64,000 nt of DNA from positions 7,318,001 to 7,382,000 of the forward strand of contig NC_087252.1 in the NCBI RefSeq assembly GCF_037042905.1. The letters are read 5' to 3'. The translations under genes were made by a program, and so were the position numbers. This document shows positions 39,152-51,808 of this stretch, piece by piece (position 1 is the stretch's first letter; each line of letters opens with the position of its first letter). The notes beneath the pieces are model-generated. The model had not been told where the DNA came from, ran no database searches, and worked only from the letters and a program-made list of their open reading frames with translations. The DNA is from Lytechinus pictus. Lineage: Eukaryota.

Positions 39152-40577
39152 TTAATATGAAACACCCACCTGGCATGTTTTTATTTTCATGTATGAGGGA
39201 AACGGATTACAGTACATACTGATCAAAATCACATTATACAGAGGTACAGGGTTTAAGTATGTGCAAATAATCATCAGTCACCAACAGAACAGTATACAAC
39301 AGGCCTACATTCATGACAAGACTTCATTTGAATTTTCATCAACCATTAAAAAAAATGATCATAGTGATAAAGAAAAGGATAAGAGGTTGGCTTAGAAAAG
39401 GATGATATGAAATGGAAAGAGAAGTTGGGAAGGTGGCAAATAATATGGCATGAAAGTTAGTAAGTAAGCTCATGAAAATATAGACAGTAAATAATGAGTA
39501 TTGGAATCATATCAACGTGAATATTGAAAATGTTGTGTTAGAAACTGGTGAGAAAATGAGCCATGGATAGGGATTATTAGTCTCATGCCCCTTTCCTTCA
39601 TTTGTGGAAGTGGACAATGGGCAAACTTTTTCATGAAAAAAAAAATGAATTAGTAAAAGGGTGAAATAACAAGAATGTTCCATAATGTGCTGCTACTGTA
39701 TTCAGGGGAAAAAATACACGGGGGCTGGGGCCAATTTAGCCCTGGAAATGCTCAAAAAAGCACTGGAAACTCCAAAAGGGAGACCTAGAAACCCCCATTC
39801 ATCGCAATGTTAAAGCTTAAATGTTGAGATTTAGGCAGAAAGTTGTGAAAAGTAGCTCCTGAAAATATTTTGTTTATTTTGCCTACTGCTATTGCTCAAG
39901 CTAAACATGCACTGGGATCACACCTATTAATGAACGCGGTTGGCATTGTGCTTGTAAAAAAAATGAAACAGACTTTATCGGAAATGGCAAATGCAGTTTT
40001 TATTGATGTATTCACACTATTCAAAAGCAGGTTTTTTTCCAGAGATTAATGAGGGGGAATTAGATAGAATTAGACAGATTCTAAGAAGGTTACGAGCGAG
40101 TATTACATATAATTTTTCTTGCGATATTATTTTACATATTTCTCTTTGCTTCTAACCACTTCAGCCTGCGTTTCTGGTCAATACTTTGTTAATAGCCACT
40201 GAATGGACAAAATTAATCAGAAATCAATAAATTTACTCATATGCACAATATCGCAGCATGTACAGAGAGAGACAGGGAAGCCAAGCATGCATATTTCTTA
40301 GTCATGTTGTATAAAATATCAATTGTGTCAATATTTATAACATGTATTGCAGGATATGAAAGAAGAGGATCTACGTAGCTGTAAAAATAGCAAACGGTTA
40401 CAACACAGAATCGCCATTGATTTATTTTCACAGGACCATGCTGTTAACAAACAAAATATTTATGGAATAAAAAGAATGGCATGTAGGACGAAATTATTAG
40501 TGTCACGAAGCAAAGCCCACTACATATACAGGATTAGTAGGGATGGTGATGATAAAATAGGAAAGACCAAAAGCTAC

Positions 40578-41234
40578 CATGTGAGCTGGAAGAAGCTTGA
40601 GGTGTGATGTTCAAGTAGATCGTTTCCTGATCAGTGTCCCCATCACCGTGACAACCAGCGTGACCAGAGTGCATGATAAGAGGTGATAACCCGTGACCCT
40701 TGACCTGCCCTCCAATGGGGCCAGCGCCAAAGGGTTGTGTCGATATGGGAGGCAAAGCTTGAGAAAACTGAGAAAGATCCAGGTTAGAAGATGAAGGGGA
40801 GGAGTGGGAGGAGTCATTGTTGAGAAGATTGGGTTGGTTTTGGTATATAGGAGTGTTGGAGTGATCCCCCGTGGTGGCGGTGGAGGCACCGGAAAGTGAG
40901 CTCAGAAAAGAATCTATGTGAAAATCACCGATTGAGCCGGTGGCACCTTCCGTGGTACCGCCCACGGCGAGGTTCGAGAACATCATGGCGGCGTTGGCAT
41001 CCGTGGTCTCGCTGATGGAGCGTCGGAAGGGATTGCCGGGGCGGTTGGAGGCGGTGGCGGCATGTTGCCGGAGACGCTCCATGGCCTCGGCGTTGTAGAG
41101 AAGACTAGCGGGGTCTTCGGCGCTGATGTAAGGCGTAGAGGGCGCTGTGACACACCCTGAGTCATGTGATGAACCAGTGGAATGGGATGGAGGAAGGGGA
41201 CCTGATGGATCAAATACTGGCTGATTGAGAGGAG
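40578..41234 (-). CDS. CBL: Large CBL exon, low-complexity S/P/G-rich, 657 nt, phase 1 to 1 (3' boundary uncertain)
   Basis: CATTTGGCAG acceptor in phase with the upstream exon; 235-codon open frame. The donor ATG|GTAGCT is weak; read-through stops at 40534. Confidence 0.65.
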
Positions 41235-43857
41235 CTGCCAAATGAAATGGTAAAGAGGAAGGATTTCAGAATGAGCGCAAAGAGGAGATAGTCTGCACCC
41301 TAATGAGCACAAAAGAGACAGTCTGCACCCTGATTTAGTGCAAAGAAAATGAAGTCTGCACCCCAATTCATCTACATTTAATCCTTATATAAGCTGTTTA
41401 TTTTGCTTTGTTTAAAGCTATAGGATATTCTATTGCATATCTTGCAATTCCATAGTTCAACCTCTTTTGCATTACCTCTGAGAAAACTTCCAAAATACCA
41501 CTAATATACACACAAAATGAAAAAAATGGGATTTACATGTATTAAGCATTTTTTAATCTTAATATTTATCCAACGTTTTGCAAGGATTGCTCGGAAAAAT
41601 TTGGAAGTTCATTTTTATTTACATGCATCATTTATTTGTTTGCATATCTGCACTAGTTCCTGTTCTATTATTCATACTCCACAGCATCTCTTGATTGCTT
41701 TTTTTTTTAAAGAATTCCATTATTTTTTCAAGTAAGAATGATGAAAGCAGAGTAAAGGACTGGATATAAATAAAAGGTTCATAAATATCAGAAATAGGCA
41801 GATGTTGGAAGAAAATATTTGCATAAATGGGAAGTCCACCCTGATATTATAAAAGCTCATTTGAAAAAAAAATGGAAAAGTGCATGTATATGTTTGGCTA
41901 AATTTTGACATCCGTAAACAGAATAATAGAATTTTCAAGTTTTCTTTAATCTTGGACATCATTAGCAAGCTCCTCTCTTTATAAGCCCGTCTCAATCAGT
42001 GCGATCCAATTTTTTAATAAATCACATTTGGCATTAAATATGAAAGTTCCAAAAAGAAAAATTACTTTATTTGAAGTTCAGCATAATGTTAGGAATGACA
42101 TCATAAGTCGCAGCCGATGATGCATCATTACGATTTGGAACCGAATTTGCTTTTATTCCTACATTATTGGTTTGAACTACATTGAATTTTCAGTAGTCCT
42201 ACAACTATTCTCACCTCGGATCGCTAAGATTTTATTGGTTGGAATGTTCTAATCAAATGTTATTATGATTTCTTTGAAAATCGGATCGCAACAAATCGCA
42301 TAGTGTGAGCCGGCTTTAGGTGCTGTGTATGATAAATTCCTTTTATTCTTAATGTATGGTGAATAGATCCATTTTTTTTTTCATATAAAAGAGCATGTTT
42401 GACATAAATGTGTGTCATTACATGTATATTAAATATTTTCTGTTTGTACCATATATATTCAATGCACGGGTAAAAATTCACAACAAAATTCTAGGGAAAA
42501 TGGCAGTTTGGGAAATTTAAAGTACCCAACAAATAAAGAGGAGCTTGAATATGAAGTAATGAAACTAAAAAAACTTTTAAGCCTCAATCATCGTCGACCT
42601 TTATGAAAGGTACTTACTAAGCTTAAATTGATGTTTCTCATATCTTTTCTTTCATAGCCAATTTGAAATCAGGGTGGACTTCCCCTAACAATGAAAATAT
42701 ATCAATGAGAATATGAAGAGAAAGAATTTCTACAGCAAAATGCATTATTATGCTTCCTTTTGCAAAATAACATAGGACAGTATTGACCTCTATACAGGTA
42801 ATACACTTTCATTCATGCACAGAACTATATAAAAACCATCTTTTCCCTTTGATGCTTTTCCATTTTTTATCTTTTTTATTTATATTTATTATTCAGAAAG
42901 GGGATATATGAACACAATGCAAGATATAGCATGAAATGCGAAGTATATAACAGATGTATTTTATGCAAGTATATAATGTTAAGTAGAAACTTTTGGAACA
43001 GGAACATGAAAGCATGAACCAGATCTGGGCCGTCTTACTAAGAGTTGCGATTGATCAACTACAAGTATGGAAAGCCAGCAACGTCAACATCTAAAATGCA
43101 TGTTTGTTTAAAATATTTTGTGAGTATGATGTATATTCATGCGTTCATCAGGTCTTGACAATCCAGTGTGCTCTTCTTTGTTTATCCTAGAAAGAGACAT
43201 TGTAACAATCTCCTGGATAAAAAATTATGACATTAATGAAATTCCATAGTAGAAGTTTATTGGATCAATCCTAACTCTTTGTGTTAAAGACAGGACCCCA
43301 ATCCCAGTAGAAAAATAAGTTGGAATGACCGGTGTCTTGAGGTGGAAAAGATGTAATTTTTATTGATAAACTATATAGACACATTCTACCATCCGAACCA
43401 GGATTTTAAATTCTTTGATTAAATCTCATATCAATGAAAATTTGTTTTTTTTAACTAAATGTTTTTTCCATGCTACATTTGGAATTTATGCCATTTTCAC
43501 CAATGTATCCCCACACTTTCAGGTTGGATTTGCATCTGCCGATTGGTCTGTTAAGAAACTGACCAGAGCCAGGTGACATAAAGCTTAGTGATCGATCATA
43601 GAGCTGATTTTTATGATCGATTATACCCAATAATCAATGCAATCAATCGTAGAAATCAGTCCCATGATCGATTGTGAAGCCTAATGTTATGTAACCCAGG
43701 GCCCTATCTTACAAAGAGTTATGATTGTTCCAATTAACCTTAACTATATGGAAATCTGTTAATGTCATAATTTTTTCTCCAGGAATTTGCACAATGTCCT
43801 TTGTGAACAAAGAGAAGAACAATGAATTATCAAGAAAACAGCGAATATAAGAATATA

Positions 43858-44619
43858 CAGTCCGACCTCTCTTATCCGGACACGTTGGGACCAGCACCAA
43901 TCTGGATAAGGGATTTATCCGGATCTGGGAGACCCAATATTAAATACACGCAGCTGCTGCCTCAGCTCCCCAACGGCGGTAGCTACATATCTATTGTAGT
44001 GGGCGCGCGTACAGACAGTATTCACTGCAGTGTCACTGCAAATTATAGGCAGTATTTTTACGGAAATGAAAACGATCAATGGCCATAACTGTTGGATAAT
44101 TCACCTGCTAAAATGGTTGAGGTATACATCGAGCATACCTCAAAAGAAAGAGAATGACTCGATGAAACAAAGTTTTACAATAAGATCATCGCGGCGGGTA
44201 TCGCAGCTTCGCAATGTCAGCCATTGTTATTCTGACTGTAGGCTCAAACATGATAGATGGCGCTGTCCATATTGAGGCCTATTGTTAGCTAGCGAGACAT
44301 GTGTTGATTTTCTTGGGAAACAAAAAGAGAACGTGATGAAATGTTTGCACTGCGAGCTGATTTACTGGAAAATTATCCTGCATAAGATCTTTTGGTGATT
44401 TGGGTGAGATATTTTCATGAAAAATAATGTTGTTGTATGTAGACTATATTGGAAAATATATTTAATCAAAGTGAGTTTGCGTATAGGATTGAGTTTAGAT
44501 TCAAAGCTCATTTCCTCACGTACTAGATTGAATTGAAAACAAAAAAAATCTCGGCAAGTGTGCGTCCGGATAATAAAGAGATCCCGATAAGGCGAGGCTG
44601 GATAAGAGAGGTCGGACTG
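43858..44619. mobile_element. Tc1/mariner (pogo/Tigger-like) non-autonomous element nested in a Harbinger MITE
   Basis: TA|CAGTCCGACCTCTCTTATCC ... GGATAAGAGAGGTCGGACTG|TA; CpG-rich; no transposase ORF. Confidence 0.9.
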
Positions 44620-44880
44620 TACTTTATAATATTTTGAACAAGCATGCATTTTAGATATGGATGTTGCTGGCTTTCCATAGTTGTGGTTGATTGGATCAAT
44701 CGCAACTCTTTTTAATCGGGGCCCAGGAATCCATATTTGCGCTAAATCGCACACTTTTTGTAGATAAGGAAGTAGCATGTACATGTAGTCCTTTACCCAA
44801 AGTGAAGAGCTATTCAACAAGATGTTTTTATTTTTTTTAATGCAAAGATTTTTTACATCTTTCTACGTGCACATCCTCAC

Positions 44881-45229
44881 CAGTATTTTGATACGATCCC
44901 TCTGGCTCTTCTTGCCTTGCTTCTTCCGTGCTCCCATCGAGGTACCTCCTGGGCGGTAGAAGGGGCGTCGGTGACAGTGGGTCGGTCCCGTTGCTCGCAC
45001 CCCCGTACTGGACCGAAGACCGTGGCGAGATGTTCGGGGAATGCGACGGCGAGGAGAAGGGGGATGGCCGTGGAGGGAGACCAGGGATGCTGGGTAACGG
45101 GGGTTGCTGATTCTTCTTCTTGGGGGCGGCATAGACGGGCTCGCTGGGTACGGGCGGAGTAGGGGTATGGGAGGGTACTGGTGGAGTAGGGGGGTGGGTT
45201 GGAAGGGAAGGGGCATGGTTCGTTGGCAT
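44881..45229 (-). CDS. CBL: CBL proline-rich exon, phase 0 to 1
   Basis: CTTATCCCAG acceptor and CTG|GTGAGG donor (an alternative same-phase donor at 44856); PxxP and LPPRR motifs. Confidence 0.85.
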
Positions 45230-45752
45230 CTGGGATAAGAGGAGGAAACCAGACAAAAAATTAGAAGTTTATATCAATGTCACTGCAGGTATTTTGAGAA
45301 TTTTTACATAAACTGAATAGAATTAATAATAAACAGAATTCAAAATATGCAAGCTTATTAGGTGACAATTACAAAAATCAGGAGTGTGAATGGATGATGC
45401 CAATTGTCAATGCTGCACATTGAGATAATTTATGGTTTGTTTGGTTTTTTTACAAAACAAGGGCTCTAACAGCTATAGCAAAAAGTTAAAGATCAACTTC
45501 ATATTATTAGGTTTGTTGATTAATTTTAATATTTAAAATTTAATTTGAATAGTGGCAATTATTTTTATTTTAAATTGGTGCACTCGTTCTACAAAAAAAA
45601 CAGGACCCTTCAAAAACAGACAGGAACTGGTGCAAATCAACAAAACCCACACATCACTAGCTTGCTAATATAAAAATTCCTAAAATAATACCATCGCAAC
45701 ATAATCAGTATCATAATTGACATCATCAAATTGGCAATTTATCATGACTCAC

Positions 45753-45914
45753 ATCTAATTCATCATCACCATCTGCCGTCTTAACCTCCTCTTTCTCCAC
45801 CTCCGATTTCTTCCGAACTGACTTGGTCCGGTCCGGATGGTACGGATCTATGATGATCGGTTCGGTTCCTCGGATCTCACAGCGACAGAATGGACAGCCT
45901 TGACCATCAGCATC
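45753..45914 (-). CDS. CBL: CBL exon encoding the RING finger C-terminus and RING tail, phase 0 to 0
   Basis: [25 protein letters not shown] closely matches the Cbl-family sequence ([21 protein letters not shown]); TTGCAG acceptor and GAT|GTGAGT donor. Confidence 0.95.
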
Positions 45915-46102
45915 CTGCAACGAAATGGAGGATTTCAAATTGGCAACATTTTAGCCAAATATTCTTTTGGAAGTACAGTCCATGTAATTTCAAATTGGCA
46001 ACAATGATGACAGAGACTAGTGTTGTTTAGGAAGCAAACTTTGCAGAGGGAAAATTGCAGGCATGTACATTGAGTATTGTTACAATATTCCAATTAACTC
46101 AC

Positions 46103-46141
46103 ATCCACAAAAATGGACAGCATTGGTTGTCGATCAGAATC
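46103..46141 (-). other. Candidate 39-nt alternative CBL exon (shrunken duplicate of the RING-end exon)
   Basis: TTTTTCTTTCAG|GATTCTGATCGACAACCAATGCTGTCCATTTTTGTGGAT|GTGAGT; open in phase 0. Confidence 0.45.
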
Positions 46142-48851
46142 CTGAAAGAAAATAGATGATTCAATTGGAAATATATACTGTCGCATGGGCGTGGCCATGT
46201 GGTTTCATCTGTTTGTAATTCTTAGTTAATACTCTACCCCAGAATTGCTATGGACTTTAAATGTAAAAGTCGCAAACAGAACAATATGGCAGCCCCAAAG
46301 CGACAAGATTATTCTGTCACCGGGATAATCTCTTTTCTTGCTTTTTCAAGAAAGAAAATTGAGAAATCCTGCTCCGTACTCCTTTTTCCATAAGTCTACT
46401 TTGTTAACTACATGTACAGTGTTGAAATAAATTTATCATTTGAAAGATTGAATATTTAGATCAATAAAAGGAAAATGTAGGACAAAACGTGGTACACACT
46501 GACTTTTTTAATGTATTTCTTTATTTAAGAAGTACACTGGTCTCTCTGAAAAATATTGCACCAGTGATCATCAAATTGAGTCAATGATCATCTCATAACA
46601 GATATAAATAGTATGAGTTGCAATTTTCATAAATCATTTACAGTGTATGTACCTGCATAAATACAATAATGATCATCATAAATCACAAATCACAACTTCA
46701 AGGAACCCTTGAATATAAAAAATAATTTTATATGATAAATTCATTTTGATATTTAGGACCTGAAACTCTTTTGGTATGGATTTTCTACTCTCACATATCA
46801 TCATAAAAAATAAACTGCGTACAAAATAATTTCACATGCATGTCAATTGTTTTTGATACGTTGTCATCAATGAATCATAATTGGCCATTAATATGAATAT
46901 AATTGCCATGGGAGAATCATCGTGGTCGTTAGTCCATAGATAATTGTCATAATAACTACAATTTATAAATGTTGTGGTTTGACTGACAGAGAGCAATGTA
47001 TTGTCATTAAAGCCTATCTTTGTCCCTAAAAGTGCATGTCACTATTCAAATTCATGAGCACATGCGCATGTATGTAGATTATATGAGTGTGCCCTTAATA
47101 TGATATGAAGGGTATACAAATCAAAATATGTTTCATTCGATAATTTTTGACATTTTACATTAAAAGTTATTTTGATGGGGTGCCTTATCATTCAAAATAT
47201 TCTGCGTATCTTTGTCTTGCTTATTTATAAAACTCCTTCCTTCACAAATAAACAATTTCTGGACATTTTTGTAGCTTTCTAATACTGAATTTGCAAAATG
47301 CTCAAAAGGTTTTTTCACATACAAATATAAACATTACAGAGGGCGGGTTTTAGATACCAAATCAAATTTCAACGGAGCCTGCAAAATTGCTTTTATACAA
47401 ACCTTGCTTTTGGTTGCAAAACATGCCCTAAAAGGTGCATACATTACTTGTGGTTGAGTTCTACATGTACATGGATAAAATAGCTAAAGTGATTTCTACT
47501 AGAATAGAATATTTCAGTTTATATTGAAGATCAGGCTACTTTGGGAAAATGTTTTGATGTAGACAAAGGTTTGTAACATCCAGCCCCATGTTCCCTTTCC
47601 ATTCATTTCTGATCATTTTGGCAATTCCCAAATCTAATACAGCATGACATAAACTTCTAATTTTTAGATACATTATTATCAGCAACAAAATATCCGAAGC
47701 AATTCAATTTGTTTTCTTTAAAAAATTCCAAAAAATAAGAACTACATGCAGGAGAAATTCATTGTTTTTTAAAGGACTACAAACAGGGAAAAATATACCC
47801 CCTTACATTAAGGCAAGCAAATCTATTCATGTTTCTGAAATGCAAATACAAACAATTCTTATTTTAATAGTACATGTACACTATAAATTGAAATTGTAAA
47901 TAATCTAGGCATGAAGTTTGTTGTTCTGTTGCCTTTAATACTTCTCTTCGTTTTTATGTGTGGATGTTCCAAACTCGTAATTTTATGATTTGTTGAGGTA
48001 GCAATCATAAAAGGAATCTCCTTTCTCAATACAACACCCCTCACTGTCATTGCATTATACCTTATATTTATCTCACCTTTAATATGTACCGTAATACCTG
48101 TGCATGTTTTAATGTTTATGATGAGTGTTAAATAAAATTGGAGTTTGAATTTGTTTGAACCTTTTAATCTTTATACTAGCCAATTGTATGTTTGATCTGT
48201 GCATGGACCGACATGTACTACTCTGACATAGTATTAGGTCCATGATCTGTGTAATTATGGAAGCTCCTTTATAAAGCAGTCTTGTTTGAATGAAGAGTAC
48301 TTTAGAAGCAGGAAGTGATATGTACTTCAGACCTCACTAGAATGCTTGACAATGGATTCAACAAAGTTTGCTATGTATCTGTGCTTGCTTGCAATGACAT
48401 CATGCTCTGACTTTTACGTAATTGAAAAAAAAAAACAAAGAAGGTCTAAGAAAAAAACCACTGTTAACCATGACAGCTTGATAAACACAATACCCAAGAC
48501 AACATGTGTACGTGTACAGTATGTTCTGTGAAAAAGGCATGTTTCAAAAAATGGTATTAAACAAGGCAACATTCCACAAATGAATCATTAAGATTTATAA
48601 TGAATGAATGTCAGAAGTTTCTATGTCACAAGTGTGTTTTGCCATGTATTCAAACTGTAAGCTGCATATCTTAAAAATGAAAATATTTTTTATGATGAAT
48701 GAATACTTGCACAGTATGCATATTTTTTGTTGAATCATTTTAATGCTTTATGATTTACATGCATTGAATTAAATTCTATTTCATAAGCTTTGCCAACAAA
48801 ATTGTACCGACAATACCCACAATAGGGATGTCATATTATCGCAGCAATTAA

Positions 48852-49217
48852 AGGAAACCAAAACCCAAGAAGAGAAGCAATCTTAATGGAAAGAGTAAAA
48901 TGAGAGGAACAATTTAGAACAAGTTTCATAAAAATCGGTTATGAAATAAGCAAGTTATGGACGTTTAAAAAGTCTTGATGTACTTTCTATGGGAATCCTC
49001 AAATTGGCAAATGTGCTTCAGAATGGTTGATTTTTTGGACAACTCTCCATTTGTTTTGTACATAGATTTTCAGAATTTCCCATTAAGGAAGTTTTCAAAC
49101 TTCCATAACTCGCTTTATAATATTCTATAACCGATTTCGATAAAACAAATTTTAGATTGCTCCTCTCATTTTGTTCTTTCTGATAAGATAGATTTTCTCC
49201 TTGTATTTTGGTTTCCT
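48852..49217. mobile_element. TTAA-flanked MITE (Kolobok-like)
   Basis: TTAA|AGGAAACCAAAA ... TTTTGGTTTCCT|TTAA. Confidence 0.85.
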
Positions 49218-49414
49218 TTAATTGAAGGATTAGCTTCAAAATCTCAGGTGATTCCTGTCTTTAAGTTAACATTAAGGGTTTGCAAATATGATCACAGCAT
49301 TACATGTAGCTGCAAGAGAAAGGACTATTTTTATATCTTAAAATGAAGTTTAATAAACAATTCATTTCAAGGATAGTTGTCTGAGTGTACATCTACAGAT
49401 ATGAATTCATTTAA

Positions 49415-50005
49415 AGGGATGGTCCGGGCTGAAAATATTTATATCTTTAATACATAGAGTAGAATTCACTGAGCAAAATGCCGAAAATTTCATCAAAATC
49501 GGACAACAAATAATAAAGTTATTGAAGTTTAAAGTTTAGCAATATTTTGTGAAAACAGTCGTCATGAATATTCATTAGGTGGGCTGATGATGTCACATCT
49601 TCACTTTCCGTTTTCTTATGTTATTACATAAAATCATAAGTTTTTCATTATTTCATACTTGTGTGAATAATATGTCTCCCTTATAAATAATGAAATAAGT
49701 TGCAGCAATAAATATATAATGCACTAAAAAAATCAGTTGTCAATCCAATTTTTCTAGTTCTTGGAGGAAAAAATTTTAATAAACCTAATTTCATATAACA
49801 AAATACAAAAGAACAAATGGAGATGTGACATCATCAGCCCATCTAATGAATATTCATGATGACTGTTTTCACAAAATATTGCTAAACTTTAAAATTCAAT
49901 AACTTTGTTATTTGTTATCCGATTTTGATGAAATTTTCTGCATTTTGCTCAGTGAATTCTACTCTATTTATTAAGCTATACATACTTTCAGCCCGGACCA
50001 TCCCT
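49415..50005. mobile_element. TTAA-flanked MITE, same family as 14482-15058, opposite orientation
   Basis: AGGGATGGTCCGGGCTGAAA / TTTCAGCCCGGACCATCCCT; long near-perfect arms. Confidence 0.88.
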
Positions 50006-50033
50006 TCAATAGCATGCACATGTAAAAACTTAC

Positions 50034-50054
50034 CCTATTTGAATTCATCCTCAT
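50034..50054 (-). other. Candidate 21-nt CBL micro-exon
   Basis: ~60-nt pyrimidine tract, ACAACAG|ATGAGGATGAATTCAAATAGG|GTAAGT; length is a multiple of 3. Confidence 0.45.
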
Positions 50055-51808
50055 CTGTTGTATACAGAAAGACAAGAAACAGGAATAGTGGAAGGAAAAG
50101 GGGTAGAAAAGAGAAAAAGCAATGGATTTATACAAAATTAAGAAGGATGTTACACGAACTATGAGTTTCATCAGAATTGAAATGAAATTTATTTTCTTTC
50201 AAGGATTGAAAATAGTGAAATGAAATGAAAAAGCAACACCAACACTAAACTTCAAATCCTGCACTATACATACATGTACACTGTCAAGTAATCACAAAAA
50301 TACCAATTCTAATAATTCACCAAGGAGCTGATACAAGAACTATGAGATTTGTGTAAATTGATAATTTCAATTTTTTTGAGGATTAAAAAAAAAAATGAAT
50401 GGCACATTAACACCAAAACCAAAATTTAAATCATCATACAGGTACATGGAAGAATAATTATCGTACTTCCAATTTAATCATTCACTAAAGATATATGGGT
50501 CCTGTTTCAGAACAACTTGGTATATAACAAGTTACTAATCCCAATAAAATATTAAACCAGAGAAAAAAATACATGGGAGTTTGAGATGATTTAGGGTAGC
50601 CCCAAATGCTCAAAAGAACCATGGAAACTAAACAAAAAGGGAGACATGGAAACCCCCATTCATTGCAATGTTAAAGCTCGAGCTAAATCCGGGTAATAAT
50701 AATAACAATGCGCCTCGCAATAGAATATTTCTAGATAGATGGCGCTATATAAATGGCTATTATTTTTATTATTATTAAAGCTTATCCAATGTTGCAGATT
50801 TAGGAAGTAAGTTGTGAAAAGTAGCCGTTGAAAGTTAAGAAATAATTTTATGCCTGCCTTAAACTGTTAATTGCGAATTGGCTATATTATGAAACAGGTC
50901 CTGCCAGTTTCATTTCCTGATCATGCAGTATTCTACTCCAAACTGCTGTTAATTAAAACACACTCCATAGTGAAATGTCACGCGTGAAGTCAACCACAAA
51001 CAATGGGAAATCCACACTTGTCATCAATGTAGATGAAAATATTATTTTCATATGAAAATGATGTACATACTGTACAATATACATGTACATTACAAGATGA
51101 AATGTTTGTAGTAATAGAAAGATAAATAACTGTATGATGTACATGTATATGTACATGTAGATTACAAAATGAGTTTGTATTGAATCCAATAAAATGACCA
51201 CCCAAGTGTTTGTGAATCAAAAGAAAATTGCAAAGGATGTTCTGAATAATTGCAAAATGAGCATGGCATTTCGGGCAAATGTCGGGTCTTTTTCCCAGAA
51301 ATAATAATACACTGTCCTACATATGCTCATCTGTGTTGGCGATCTTCAATGTGATTTTTTTTCCCAGCTTTTATACAGACTTCATGATTTCATAAAATTT
51401 GGTTTATAAACCAAATTTTAAATGTATGTACATGTACAAGATCTACGATGATATGGTGACAATAAATATTAGTTTTACAGACTTAAGTGAATTCAGCGTT
51501 TACTGCAACTACATTTATTTATCTTAAATTTCAATTTTCTTCACAATTTTTTTTTCTTTTGTTATGATTGCTAATAATACTGTAAATAATCTAGAATATA
51601 CATGTACATGTAGGGATATAAAAAGACAGAAAATTTATCATGGTCATCTTGTAGAATTGAACTAGTGATTCAATAACGTAGGCTATTATAGCTAGCAAAG
51701 TGCAACTTGAAAATTACAACTATATATCTTGGAGGAGTATGATGAAAAACCACATCCCAAATTTAGTGGGAATCCGTTCAACAACACCAAAATATGACCA
51801 CATGAAAA

